DNA of 64,000 nt from an uncultured Gammaproteobacteria bacterium (GCA_964537315.1 CAZIAP010000002.1:107237-171236); one strand, 5' to 3'; shown: positions 18,929-28,787, numbered from the stretch's first letter. Made by a program: numbers and translations. The notes: generated by a model not told the origin, from the letters alone.

Positions 18929-20600
18929 GATTAATTCTATAAATAAACAAAGTTGGTCTGTCAAAAACATTTGCTGTATCCTCTACCCCATATACCGGAT
19001 CTCCGAGGTAAAGTAGTGTACACATCACATCACAGTCGGTTTTATAAATTAAGTTATATTGCTTGCTTGAGTTAAGAGATTCATATAATCGATTTCCTAA
19101 AGGGAAAGCTTGTGGGTTCTCTATACGGGATTTTATAATTCTCTGGCTTGGCAAGATTATAACGTCATTAGTAGATAACTTGGAGGGTAGATCGGCTAGA
19201 AGATTTGGATCGTGTTCAAGATCATAAAAGTTGAAGAGGGTGATATTAGAGAAGTGGTTGTTAAAAGGCAGTATTCCCAGATCGTATACTTCAGATAATA
19301 TATGTGTGTCGTCTGGAAACGTATTTTTTAAATGCTCTGCAGCTTCGATTCTTGTGTCAGGAGAATAGTAAACTGTTTTTATAAGTGCAGCAGACCAAAC
19401 TACGCTGCTGAAAATGCATAAGATACTTACGAAAGATATTGTTGCTCTAGTCTTTTTTTTAAAATTAACAGGTAGATTATTAAACAATAAAGATAGTGAT
19501 AGAGTCACTCCAAGATATATAAACGGAAGTGTAGGTACCATGTAGCGGGTCCATTTTACAAAAAAGACAAGCTGTGGGATAAGCAAAAACATAAAAAATA
19601 TAACAAAAAATAGATGAAGAACCTGCTTTTTTTGAAATACATGTATTATCAACAATATAAAGGCTGGCAAAGAAATGATTGCCATAATAGGATTTAGAAG
19701 AAACGGAAAGACATATAAGCTCTGATATAAACCTGGTACTGTATCGATGAATGAACCAGTATAAAAAACAGGGAGTGTCCCTAACGCAACAGATGATTCG
19801 TATTGCATGGAATTTCGGAAAGAGTTCCAGTCAAGAAAAGCAAATGGATTAGTAAGTACAAAAATTCCCATACTGATGATTGCAAGCAGCATGGTGTTAG
19901 CCGCTAATACTCCTATATACCTAGCTAACTTCTTAAACGAATAAGGTTTATATTTTTTCTTTAGAATGAATACAAGAGCCAGAATGGGTAGAGGAACAAG
20001 CGAAAGGGAAGAAATTTTAATAGAACAAAGTACTCCTAGTGTGACTCCTGCGTATATGAAGTTAGAGTAATTTTTTGTCTTGAGGTATCGAAGAAGAAAG
20101 TATAAAAGCAGCAAAGAAAAAAAAGTCAGATACAATTCAAAAGTACCGAAGTGTGCGTATTGGATAAGCCCTACACTGAAAGTTGCTAGAAAGACAGAGA
20201 ATAATGACCATTTAGGAGAGACAATAGTTCTTGCTGCAAGATATAGTATGATAATCGTTCCCACGGATAGAACTGCAGACAGTACTCTTCCAATAATTAT
20301 TGCTTGTTCAAATGTTACGGTGAATATGTCTCCAGAGTTAAATAACCCTGAAACGCCGTTGAAGATTACTCCTAGCGCATAAACTGTATAGATAGGAAGA
20401 CTGCCATAAGCGAAAAACTTTGGATTGAGCTGCTCTGGAAATTTAAGCTGACTAATTGCTGACGCAATATTTCTTTCGTCGGGATGAAAATAAAACGGTG
20501 CACCCCAGTTTAAATCATAAAATCGAAGTAAAGAAGCTATTATTAATAAAACGAGGAGGATAAGAATTTTGTTTTTAAAGTAAGTAGATAGTAGACTCAT
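18921..20600 (-). CDS. GT-C-fold membrane glycosyltransferase, 'HPDER' paralog 2
   Basis: First loop APFYFHPDERNIASAI. The overall architecture aligns with the 17231-18928 gene. Confidence 0.55.
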   Translation of the reverse strand: MSLLSTYFKNKILILLVLLIIASLLRFYDLNWGAPFYFHPDERNIASAISQLKFPEQLNPKFFAYGSLPIYTVYALGVIFNGVSGLFNSGDIFTVTFEQAIIIGRVLSAVLSVGTIIILYLAARTIVSPKWSLFSVFLATFSVGLIQYAHFGTFELYLTFFSLLLLYFLLRYLKTKNYSNFIYAGVTLGVLCSIKISSLSLVPLPILALVFILKKKYKPYSFKKLARYIGVLAANTMLLAIISMGIFVLTNPFAFLDWNSFRNSMQYESSVALGTLPVFYTGSFIDTVPGLYQSLYVFPFLLNPIMAIISLPAFILLIIHVFQKKQVLHLFFVIFFMFLLIPQLVFFVKWTRYMVPTLPFIYLGVTLSLSLLFNNLPVNFKKKTRATISFVSILCIFSSVVWSAALIKTVYYSPDTRIEAAEHLKNTFPDDTHILSEVYDLGILPFNNHFSNITLFNFYDLEHDPNLLADLPSKLSTNDVIILPSQRIIKSRIENPQAFPLGNRLYESLNSSKQYNLIYKTDCDVMCTLLYLGDPVYGVEDTANVFDRPTLFIYRINHD

Positions 20601-20629
20601 TCTTGTATTGTAAATGTTTATAAGTCAGA

Positions 20630-21919
20630 TCAAACTCCATCATTAATAATCCCTGCCACTTTTTCTCCTAGTTCTACAGCATAATTTGTGCCTCTATCCC
20701 AAGGATAAACTTGCTGCATGTTGGCGAGATAGACACCCTTAATAGGTGTTGTAAACTCAGGAATCATTTTAGAATAGTTTGCGGGTACTATTGGTTGTGC
20801 GAATGGTGCTCTGAAAACTTCATAATCTATCAAGTCTTTTTTATAATCGGGTTTAATTTTGCTAAGTAATGGGTGATATATTTCAAGAAGTTTTTCTTTT
20901 GGCGCAGAAAATTTCGGATCATCAACTGACATATAGTTGCCTATATACACCAGATGTTCGTTGTTATAATTTTTATTGTCCATAAAGTTTGTATGTTCAA
21001 CAATTACCATAACGTTTGAGTCTGTAGTGCATATACTTAGCCAATATGTACTATCCGTGAGAAACTGTTTTTTTAAACGTAAAACCATATTTGTCGCTCC
21101 CATCCCTTTCAGTTTAGCCAGTGATTCTATGTATGAGCTAGGTAATGTCGGAGAAAGTTTTATAAATTGAGGAGTAGGAAGCGTTACCAATATTTTATCG
21201 AATGACTCAGTATGTTTTTTGCCTGCATGAACATATTCCAAAGTAGGAAGACCGTCCTTAGAAGAAATTTCTGTAATTTCACTCTGATAATGTACTGTTC
21301 CTTTCGATTGAACAATAAGTTCGGATAAGTGCTGTGCAAACTTAAGAAATCCTCCTTCAGGATAAGCGAGGGATGTAGTTCTTTTTTTAATGCGTGCCCA
21401 AAACCAGACAAGTGAAATTTCATCAACAAATTTACCTAGTTTGTTGATAAGCTGAGGTCTCCATATAAGTCGATATGGTTTTTTTCCTATGAGAAGAGGT
21501 AGTGCCTTTGTAGTTTTTATTCCTTCTAGTAATTTCCAAAAAGGATTAAGACGAAACAAAACTGCAAATACTGCTGCCATTCTAAATCTTTCTAGAGGTG
21601 ATAGCAAAGGAAACGTTAAAAGCTTTGTTGGAGAATCCAGCTGGTAGTTCTTATTTTTAATATAAACAGATGTTTTTGGACGTTTAGTAAGTACTGGAAA
21701 ATTTGTTCTCTCTGCAAGCGAAAGTATTGAGTTGTCGTTGGTAAACCAGTGGTGGTAATGTTGTTCTAAAGTCCAGTTCCATTTAGCTTCTTTATAACCC
21801 AATGCAAGCCCTCCTGGTTGTTTGTCTTTTTCAACCAGTACAACAGTGTGCCCCATTTTTTGTAATTCAAGTGCTGCAGCAAGACCAGTAAATCCTGCAC
21901 CGACAATTCCGATTCTCAT
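20630..21919 (-). CDS. Rossmann-type FAD-dependent oxidoreductase (amine-oxidase / UDP-galactopyranose-mutase-like)
   Basis: MRIGIVGAGFTGLAAALELQKMGHTVVLVEKDKQPGGLA is the dinucleotide-binding GxGxxG...E...GG motif. HYHHWFTND loosely resembles the UGM HIFHTND motif. Confidence 0.65.
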   Translation of the reverse strand: MRIGIVGAGFTGLAAALELQKMGHTVVLVEKDKQPGGLALGYKEAKWNWTLEQHYHHWFTNDNSILSLAERTNFPVLTKRPKTSVYIKNKNYQLDSPTKLLTFPLLSPLERFRMAAVFAVLFRLNPFWKLLEGIKTTKALPLLIGKKPYRLIWRPQLINKLGKFVDEISLVWFWARIKKRTTSLAYPEGGFLKFAQHLSELIVQSKGTVHYQSEITEISSKDGLPTLEYVHAGKKHTESFDKILVTLPTPQFIKLSPTLPSSYIESLAKLKGMGATNMVLRLKKQFLTDSTYWLSICTTDSNVMVIVEHTNFMDNKNYNNEHLVYIGNYMSVDDPKFSAPKEKLLEIYHPLLSKIKPDYKKDLIDYEVFRAPFAQPIVPANYSKMIPEFTTPIKGVYLANMQQVYPWDRGTNYAVELGEKVAGIINDGV

Positions 21920-21922
21920 AAT

Positions 21923-23293
21923 TTATCCTAGGACAAAAAGCAGTGTAGTGCCTGCAATGATTAATATAACAGATGAAAATGTAATTAACAGAGTTGAAAC
22001 GCTTCCGGGAGGAGTTGGAGTGATTGTTATAACTGGGGGGACTGTAGGAGGTGGAGTATTTGTCACAGTAGGAATATTGGTTGGTGTTACCGTTGGGCTT
22101 GGTGGAATAGTTACGGTTATTGTAGGTGTTGTTGGAGTGGTTGGAGTTGGTGTGTTCTGCGGAGGTGTTGTAGTTGGGGTTAGTGTACCTGAAGGTGTTG
22201 CACTCTCACTTACTTGTGATCCAGCAGGGAAAATTGAAAATGTGCGAGTAATAGATCGGGTGACACCGAAGCTATCTTTTGCGTGCACTGTAAGAGTGTT
22301 TACCCCCTGAGGCAAATTTGTGTCGGGTCTATACTGCCATCTACCTGTTGAGTCAGCTGAGGTTTCTGCAATTATGTCAGAGGGTTGTAGGTCAAGGTTT
22401 ACTAGTGCATTTGGTACGGACGTTCCTCTAATAGTTAGACGTTCATCGATAGTACTCTGTCCCTCTGTGGGTGAAGTTATGGAAAGCGTAGACTGTATAG
22501 TGCTTGGAGTGGGTATAGAAAGAAGAGTATCACTGTCATCGTTTGATGAAGTAATTTGCAAGGATTGAGAGAAGTCATAATTTTGCGATAAGGTAAGTGG
22601 AGGAATAGCAAAGATGTTTTCATATAGTACAAATGCTTGGGAAGATAAGTCAGCACTGTATGACTTTAAAGTAAACTTGGAGTTGTTAGCAAGGGTAGGA
22701 TTACTTGTTAGTGTTTTTGATCTAAGAAAAGACAAGTTAAAAGAATACTCTCCAGCGCTATTTGTTAGAGTACTTAGTGGATGTGTCTCTTCACTTTCCA
22801 AAATTACTAATGAGTCAGATGCGGGTGTACCATCTGAAAGAATTATTTTTCCATGAGCGTATTGCGGAGCAAGAGGATCATCTTCAAAGGGGGGGGCTGT
22901 TGATATTGAATAAGTGTTTTCTGATTCTGGATATGTTTTACCATCAACTAAAATTACGTAATCGTACTCTGTTGAAGGACTGAGATTAGGAATGGATATG
23001 CGGTGAGTTGTTCTTTCATCTTGTGTTGGGTTCTGAAAAAAAACTGAAGGTGGTAAGTTCGGTCCTGTAATTCTAACTCCCGCTATTGCAGGTGATGAGG
23101 TCGTAAAAACCACTGTAAATGTTGTTGCTGAAATATCAGTTACTTGTATGTTTTGAGGTTCGGTTTCTTTGGAAGCTTGTCCTACTGTCTGTGTCCCTTG
23201 TAATAGAAAGTATCTGGTCAGCCAAATACTTCCTGCAATAAGTAACAGGGCAAATAAAGTTGGAATTCTAACGTCCCATATTGGTTTTTTCAT
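21923..23293 (-). CDS. Cell-surface protein: signal anchor, Fn3/Ig-like domains, Thr/Pro-rich stalk, C-terminal TM
   Basis: N-terminal TM, beta-sandwich-like segments (ISATTFTVVFTTSSP...EYDYVILV), a long TPTTPT linker encoded by codon repeats, and a terminal hydrophobic helix LLITFSSVILIIAGTTLLFVLG. Confidence 0.55.
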   Translation of the reverse strand: MKKPIWDVRIPTLFALLLIAGSIWLTRYFLLQGTQTVGQASKETEPQNIQVTDISATTFTVVFTTSSPAIAGVRITGPNLPPSVFFQNPTQDERTTHRISIPNLSPSTEYDYVILVDGKTYPESENTYSISTAPPFEDDPLAPQYAHGKIILSDGTPASDSLVILESEETHPLSTLTNSAGEYSFNLSFLRSKTLTSNPTLANNSKFTLKSYSADLSSQAFVLYENIFAIPPLTLSQNYDFSQSLQITSSNDDSDTLLSIPTPSTIQSTLSITSPTEGQSTIDERLTIRGTSVPNALVNLDLQPSDIIAETSADSTGRWQYRPDTNLPQGVNTLTVHAKDSFGVTRSITRTFSIFPAGSQVSESATPSGTLTPTTTPPQNTPTPTTPTTPTITVTIPPSPTVTPTNIPTVTNTPPPTVPPVITITPTPPGSVSTLLITFSSVILIIAGTTLLFVLG

Positions 23294-23296
23294 ACA

Positions 23297-23701
23297 CTAC
23301 AAAGAGTTTTCTGAGTCAGGAATTTCTGTTGGACTCGGTAGGTTAGGTGTCTCTTCCGGTAATTCTTCTAGCTGTGTTTCTTCTTCTAAAGAAGTTTCAG
23401 GGTTGGTTTGTGTAATAGGGTTAAGATCTGCGCTTGAAGTCCCATCTTCTGTACTTTCAGGAAGCGGAAGATATTCTGCAGTCAAAGAAAGATCAACTGG
23501 AACATCTACTCTACTTTCTAGCTGATTAAGAGTTTCTCTATCAAATGTAGGTTCAATTGGTATTGAGTGTACATTTGTGTCTTCAGGGATAGTTGAGGTA
23601 GTTACGTTAAAATAAATAACTGCTGCTATCCAGGTAACTACTACAACAGACGTAAGTACAGCAAAATAAAATAAATTCTTTACAAGATTATTGTTTGGCA
23701 T
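23297..23701 (-). CDS. Small bitopic membrane protein with acidic Pro/Glu/Thr-rich ectodomain
   Basis: Single TM (FYFAVLTSVVVVTWIAAVIYF). The C-terminal region is rich in E/T/P. Overlaps neighbouring genes on both sides. Confidence 0.4.
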   Translation of the reverse strand: MPNNNLVKNLFYFAVLTSVVVVTWIAAVIYFNVTTSTIPEDTNVHSIPIEPTFDRETLNQLESRVDVPVDLSLTAEYLPLPESTEDGTSSADLNPITQTNPETSLEEETQLEELPEETPNLPSPTEIPDSENSL

Positions 23702-24311
23702 AGAAAAATACCCTCCCCGTAATTGAGACTTCAGATCTACTTTCGTCAGCTCTCCCCGAAGTGATGGAGTCTATGCTGACGATTCTGTCAAAATTGATAA
23801 TATCTGAGATAAATGAATTGATACTTTCTGAATTACCTGCAAGTTTCATACTTATGGTGTACGAGTAAAGCGGAGGGTCTTTTTTAGCGCCTGGGAATAG
23901 TTCGACTGCGCCTGTATCAATTCCTGTAATGAATAAAGCATGGTTTTGTGCTAAAGTTTCTACTTTTCTTACGACTACCGGAATCTGCGCAGTAGCAGGA
24001 ATTGCTTCTTCTACCAAAGCGATCTGTGGTCCTAGTTGCGAGTATAAATTTGTGAGAACTTGTAAATTCTCAAGCTTTACCTTCAAGTTTTCATATACCA
24101 GTTGGTTATCTGCATACTGTTTCTTAAGAGTAGAGATAGTTGAGAGAGTTGGAAGTATGGCAAAAATACCGAAAAAAGACACTGTAAACAGGGTAAGAGT
24201 TATGTATATATATCCTACAAACTTTTCTTTTTCTTGAAGTTTTGATAACTCAGGATACTTCAATATATATACTTTATATAATTCTTTAAAGTTTAATTCT
24301 GGTTTTTTCAT
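23688..24311 (-). CDS. PilO-like bitopic membrane protein (type IV pilus alignment-complex-like)
   Basis: Short cytoplasmic N-terminus, one TM, then a coiled-coil (KKQYADNQLVYENLKVKLENLQ) and a C-terminal alpha/beta domain. Architecture matches PilO. Confidence 0.4.
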   Translation of the reverse strand: MKKPELNFKELYKVYILKYPELSKLQEKEKFVGYIYITLTLFTVSFFGIFAILPTLSTISTLKKQYADNQLVYENLKVKLENLQVLTNLYSQLGPQIALVEEAIPATAQIPVVVRKVETLAQNHALFITGIDTGAVELFPGAKKDPPLYSYTISMKLAGNSESINSFISDIINFDRIVSIDSITSGRADESRSEVSITGRVFFYAKQ

Positions 24312-24961
24312 AGTACTTCCTCAGTAGACTGCTGCTGACTTGTTTCGGTTTCTTCAGGAAGGTTTACAAGTGTGATTTGTAGTTTGAATAATACACCTGT
24401 ATCAGTACTTGTAATCTCATCAATACTTATACTTGTTATGTAAGGATGCGATTTTAGTTCATCAACAAAATTATTTATTGGAAAGATAGATGAAGATACT
24501 CCATTAAGTGAGATTATATTTTTATTTACGTTTAAGTTGTTTGTAGAAAAAACTCCTGTGTTGGCAGTATTCAAAATTTTATTCATTACTTCCACTTTAG
24601 CGTCAGTATCTTGCTTGATAGTCTTAATAGTAGCAAGCTTGTTCTGTATGGATCTAAATTCTTTTTCGCTGGCTTCTTGGTTTTTTATATATAGAACTTG
24701 TCTATCTATTTGATCATTAATATCTGCGATCTGTCTGTCTATTACGAATCTATAAAAAAGAGCAGAAAGCGCAACTAATTCGGTGAGAATTATTATGACT
24801 CTTCCAGCTTGAATTGCCCATTTATAAAAAACTGTACTTGTTGATTGTTTTGGTTTTCCTGAAAGGTTAATCGAAATTTGTTTTTTTTCACCTTTATCCT
24901 TATTACCTTGCGGTATTGAGTTGAGAGAGGCATTGTTTTGTACTCCTGAAGATGCAGGCAT
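24308..24961 (-). CDS. PilN-like bitopic membrane protein
   Basis: N-terminal cytoplasmic segment with an INL motif (ISINLSGKP, compare the PilN INLLP motif). Single TM, a periplasmic coiled-coil, and a C-terminal domain. Confidence 0.45.
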   Translation of the reverse strand: MPASSGVQNNASLNSIPQGNKDKGEKKQISINLSGKPKQSTSTVFYKWAIQAGRVIIILTELVALSALFYRFVIDRQIADINDQIDRQVLYIKNQEASEKEFRSIQNKLATIKTIKQDTDAKVEVMNKILNTANTGVFSTNNLNVNKNIISLNGVSSSIFPINNFVDELKSHPYITSISIDEITSTDTGVLFKLQITLVNLPEETETSQQQSTEEVL

Positions 24962-25025
24962 AGTACTTATCAGTGTAGAGTATTTTTGAGCAGTTTGTCA
25001 AAGGTAAATGAGGGAGAAAAAACGG

Positions 25026-25304
25026 TTATTTTCCAGCCGTAGATGCTTTTGGTTTAGTAGTTTTTGCAGGTTTAATCAATTTCGCAATTTGAGACTTCAT
25101 CCGTGCAGCTTTGTTAGGGTGTAATAGGTTCTTTTTTGCAGCCTTGTCTACAACAGAATAAGCTTCCTGAAGAACTTTCAGGTCAGAAGAGCTTTTTTTA
25201 ACTTTTCGCATGGTATCACGAAGCGTCTTGCGAAACTCGTCGTTTTTGGTCTCTCGCATGCGATCTTTTCTTAATTTTTTTATAGCTGATTTAATAACTG
25301 GCAT
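25026..25304 (-). CDS. rpsT: 30S ribosomal protein S20
   Basis: MPVIKSAIKKLRKDRMRETKNDEFRKTL, canonical bS20; 92 aa, basic. Confidence 0.85.
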   Translation of the reverse strand: MPVIKSAIKKLRKDRMRETKNDEFRKTLRDTMRKVKKSSSDLKVLQEAYSVVDKAAKKNLLHPNKAARMKSQIAKLIKPAKTTKPKASTAGK

Positions 25305-25398
25305 AGGCGTATTCTACCATGATATACTTAGGAACACAAGAAAGGGGGTTTTTTGTGGCAAAAAACCGATATATTTTGTCATATTAAGATAGATATTT

Positions 25399-27045
25399 AT
25401 GGTAAAAGATCTTTTTTTAAGAGGTATAGATGCAATTACCTCGAAGCAAACTAGTATATTTTCTGCAGCCTTTTTTATCGTTTTAACCTCGGCAGTAGGA
25501 CAGTTCTTAGGGTATTTCAAGTATCGTTTGTTAGCAATGATTTATGGTCCTTCACCAGATCTTGGGGTTTACCTTGCGTCATTTAAAGTACCAGATTTTA
25601 TTTTTCAAGTATTTATTGCAAGTGCGCTAACTTCTGCATTTATTCCAATATTCACAGATTATTTAGATAAGGACGACAGAAAAAAAACAAATGAGTTTAT
25701 TTCTTCGCTTATGACCATCGGAGTAGGTTTTTACTTAGTGTTAGCAACAATGATTGCTATATTTGCCTATCCTATCTCTCAAAAAGTTGCGCCTGGATTT
25801 AGTCCTCGCGAATTAGAGTTAATGGTGAACCTCACAAGAATCATCCTGTTTTGTCAAGTTTTTTTTATTTTAGGGACGATGGCTACTGGAATGCTTCAGT
25901 CTCTACAGCATTTTCTTCTTGCTGGCATGGCGTCTGCTCTTTACAATGTGGGAATTATTATCGGCTTGATAATTTTTGCTTCAAAATACGGAATATATGG
26001 AGCTGTGATTGGAGTTTTTATAGGAGCATTTTTATTCTTTATCGTACAGGTACCGCTACTTATCCGTTCCGGTTATAGATTTATACCTAGGCTGATTGTA
26101 AGTAAAGGCGCAATTAGAGTTTTTCGTTTGATGGGACCACGTGCACTAACTGCATTGGTAGTACAGATGGTTTCACTGTCAAACCTATTCTTTATCTCGT
26201 TAATCTCTGCTCGTAGCATGGTGTTTTTTGAGTTCGCTAGTACCCTGATGTTAGTACCCGTTTTACTCTTCGGTCAATCAATAGCACAGGCAAGTTTTCC
26301 GTCTCTAGCAAAAAAATCTAAAAATCCAAAAGAGTTTCTGGATATCTTAGTTCCTTCATTTAACCAGATTCTTTTCTTCACTTTACCTATTAGCGCGCTA
26401 CTTATAATTTTGAGAATTCCAATTATTCGTTTGGCATTTGGAGTAGATAGGTTTGATTGGGAAGCAACAGTGCTCACTGGTATGACACTGGCTGCATTTG
26501 CCTTATCTATTGCTGCTCAGTCCCTCATTTATCTCTTAAGTCGAGCATTTTTTGCTATGAAAGACACAAAAACACCTTTTATAATTACGTCAATTTCTGT
26601 AGGAGTTAATATTGTACTTTCATACATTTTTATAGTTGTTCTACAGCGGGACGTACACTATTTAGCGCTCGCTTTTTCTATATCAAATATACTGGCTGCG
26701 GTGATTATGACTATAAATATGAACATACACATTGTTCTACCTAAATTTTCAATGAGTGTAAGCGTGGTTAAAACGCTTATTGCAACACTTATCATGGGCT
26801 TCTCTCTATATATTCCTATAAAGCTTCTTGATCAGCTTGTATTCGATACTACAAGGACTATTAATTTGATTATGCTAACAGGAATCTCATCATTTTTTGG
26901 GCTGCTTTCATTTCTCTTCTTTACTTGGCTACTTGAAATACGTGAGGCTTACTATATACTTGCAGTTGTGAAACGTTTTAGCAGCAGGACACCAATTTTG
27001 AGAAATATAAAGGAGATTATCGATGGACCAAAAATTAATACGTAA
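25399..27045 (+). CDS. murJ: Lipid II flippase MurJ (MviN)
   Basis: 14-TM MOP-superfamily profile. The N-terminal region (FKVPDFIFQVFIASALTSAFIPIF) and overall length fit MurJ. Confidence 0.8.
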   Translation: MVKDLFLRGIDAITSKQTSIFSAAFFIVLTSAVGQFLGYFKYRLLAMIYGPSPDLGVYLASFKVPDFIFQVFIASALTSAFIPIFTDYLDKDDRKKTNEFISSLMTIGVGFYLVLATMIAIFAYPISQKVAPGFSPRELELMVNLTRIILFCQVFFILGTMATGMLQSLQHFLLAGMASALYNVGIIIGLIIFASKYGIYGAVIGVFIGAFLFFIVQVPLLIRSGYRFIPRLIVSKGAIRVFRLMGPRALTALVVQMVSLSNLFFISLISARSMVFFEFASTLMLVPVLLFGQSIAQASFPSLAKKSKNPKEFLDILVPSFNQILFFTLPISALLIILRIPIIRLAFGVDRFDWEATVLTGMTLAAFALSIAAQSLIYLLSRAFFAMKDTKTPFIITSISVGVNIVLSYIFIVVLQRDVHYLALAFSISNILAAVIMTINMNIHIVLPKFSMSVSVVKTLIATLIMGFSLYIPIKLLDQLVFDTTRTINLIMLTGISSFFGLLSFLFFTWLLEIREAYYILAVVKRFSSRTPILRNIKEIIDGPKINT

Positions 27046-28783
27046 CTTTGCCATTATTGCACATGTCGATCATGGAAAATCTACACTTGCAGATCGTTTG
27101 CTCGAAATTACAGGAACTATACCTCGTGAGCAGCTACAAGAGCAGTTTTTAGATTCTAATCCTATCTCTCGTGAGCGAGGAATTACTATCAAACTTGCGC
27201 CAGTGAGAATGGAATATGAAATTTCAGATTCAGTCTACCAACTCAATTTGATAGACACTCCTGGACACGTGGACTTTTCTTATGAAGTCGTAAGGACAAT
27301 GAATGCATGCGAGGGAGCAATTCTACTTGTAGATGCGACTAAAGGTATACAAGCACAGACAATAGCAAACTTTAATTTTGCCAAAAGACTCAACTTAGTC
27401 ATAATTCCTGTGATCAATAAAATAGATCTTCCATCAGCAAATACAGAAAAAATTTTACAAGATATGCAAAGCTTAGGTTTCGAAGAAAGTGATGTATTAA
27501 AAATATCTGCTAAAACGGGGCAAGGAGTTGAAGAATTGTTAAATAAAGTTGTGGAAGTTGTTCCTCCTCCATCAGGAGAAAAGGAAACTAATACTCAGGC
27601 TCTAATTTTTGATTCTGTATACGACGAACATAAAGGTATTGTAATTTATGTTCGTCTGATGAACGGCTCTATTAAAAAAGGAGATGAAATTACTTTTCTT
27701 TCAGACAAGTCTTCTGCAATTGTGCTTGATGTGGGATATATGAAGCCGACCTATGTTTCTACAGAATCACTTGATAATGGAGAAGTGGGATATGTGGTTA
27801 CAAATATAAAAGATATTACACAAGCAAAGGTGGGAGACACAATTACTTTACGCGGACAAAATCCTCCTATGTTGCCAGGTTATAAACCATTAAAGCCTTT
27901 TGTTTTTTTGAGCATTTATCCCTCTACAAATGCTGAGTTTCAAAACCTGAGAAAAGCACTTCACACACTCAAACTTACCGATGCCTCATTAGTCTTTACA
28001 TCTGAGCATTCATCAATTTTTGGGCCAGGATTTAGATGTGGTTTTCTTGGCTTGCTTCATGCACAGATTATCACAGAGCGGCTTGAGCGTGAATTTGGTT
28101 TAGATGTGTTTACTGCACCGCCAAGTATTGAATATCTTGTGGATGGGGAGAAAATATCAAATCCAAAAGACTTTGATATCTCCAAGAAAGATATTCAAGA
28201 GCCTTATATGTTAGCCGAAATTTATACTCCTCAAGAGTACCTAGGAGCAGTTTTGGAGCTTATTTATGCACGACGGGGTGAGCAGCAGGATATTGCTTAT
28301 TACTCTTCTCAGGTTAGGGTTACTTTTGTAATGCCATTGTCAAATGTTATCTATGATTTCTTCGATAAGGTAAAGTCTGTTTCTTCAGGCTTTGCCTCAT
28401 TCGATTATGAGTTTCTGGAGTACAGACCTTCTGATCTAGTAAAGGTTGATATTTCTGTCAATGAACAAGTAATCCCTGAGCTATCATTTATTGTACATAG
28501 AACAGAGAGCGACTATTTTTCCCGTAGAATAGTTGAACTGCTTGCAAAAGAGATTCCAAAACATCAGTTTGTTATTGCAGTTCGTGCAAATATCGGATCA
28601 AGAGTAATTGCGAGCGAGAAAATCTCGGCGCTTTCAAAAAATGTTACTGCCAAGCTATATGGTGGAGATGTAACTAGAAAAAATAAACTACTTGATAAAC
28701 AAAAAGAAGGAAAGAAGAAAATGAAAACAATTGGTCGTGTAAGTGTTCCTAAGGAAGCTTTCCTCTCGGTCTTAAAAGTTTAA
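27023..28783 (+). CDS. lepA: Elongation factor 4 (LepA)
   Basis: IRNFAIIAHVDHGKSTLADRLL G1 motif, DTPGHVDF G3, NKIDL G4, and the LepA-specific C-terminal domain. Confidence 0.9.
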   Translation: MDQKLIRNFAIIAHVDHGKSTLADRLLEITGTIPREQLQEQFLDSNPISRERGITIKLAPVRMEYEISDSVYQLNLIDTPGHVDFSYEVVRTMNACEGAILLVDATKGIQAQTIANFNFAKRLNLVIIPVINKIDLPSANTEKILQDMQSLGFEESDVLKISAKTGQGVEELLNKVVEVVPPPSGEKETNTQALIFDSVYDEHKGIVIYVRLMNGSIKKGDEITFLSDKSSAIVLDVGYMKPTYVSTESLDNGEVGYVVTNIKDITQAKVGDTITLRGQNPPMLPGYKPLKPFVFLSIYPSTNAEFQNLRKALHTLKLTDASLVFTSEHSSIFGPGFRCGFLGLLHAQIITERLEREFGLDVFTAPPSIEYLVDGEKISNPKDFDISKKDIQEPYMLAEIYTPQEYLGAVLELIYARRGEQQDIAYYSSQVRVTFVMPLSNVIYDFFDKVKSVSSGFASFDYEFLEYRPSDLVKVDISVNEQVIPELSFIVHRTESDYFSRRIVELLAKEIPKHQFVIAVRANIGSRVIASEKISALSKNVTAKLYGGDVTRKNKLLDKQKEGKKKMKTIGRVSVPKEAFLSVLKV

Positions 28784-28787
28784 CTCG

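Noticed and set aside
21822-22310. 162-aa Gly/Val-rich ORF on the + strand, and similar antisense ORFs (30651-30959, 31422-31757, 42634-42834, 47200-47580, 51236-51628, 53209-53775)
   Set aside because: They lie antisense to strongly supported genes (surface protein, groEL, dnaK, clpC-like). Their composition is the mirror image of codon repeats such as Thr/Pro linkers, so they are artefacts of low-complexity coding sequence.
25210-25520. Small ORFs 25210-25392 (+) and 25314-25520 (-) in the rpsT-murJ divergent region
   Set aside because: They overlap rpsT or the murJ start. They have no motifs and the region is AT-rich. Most likely they are spurious frames over a divergent promoter region.
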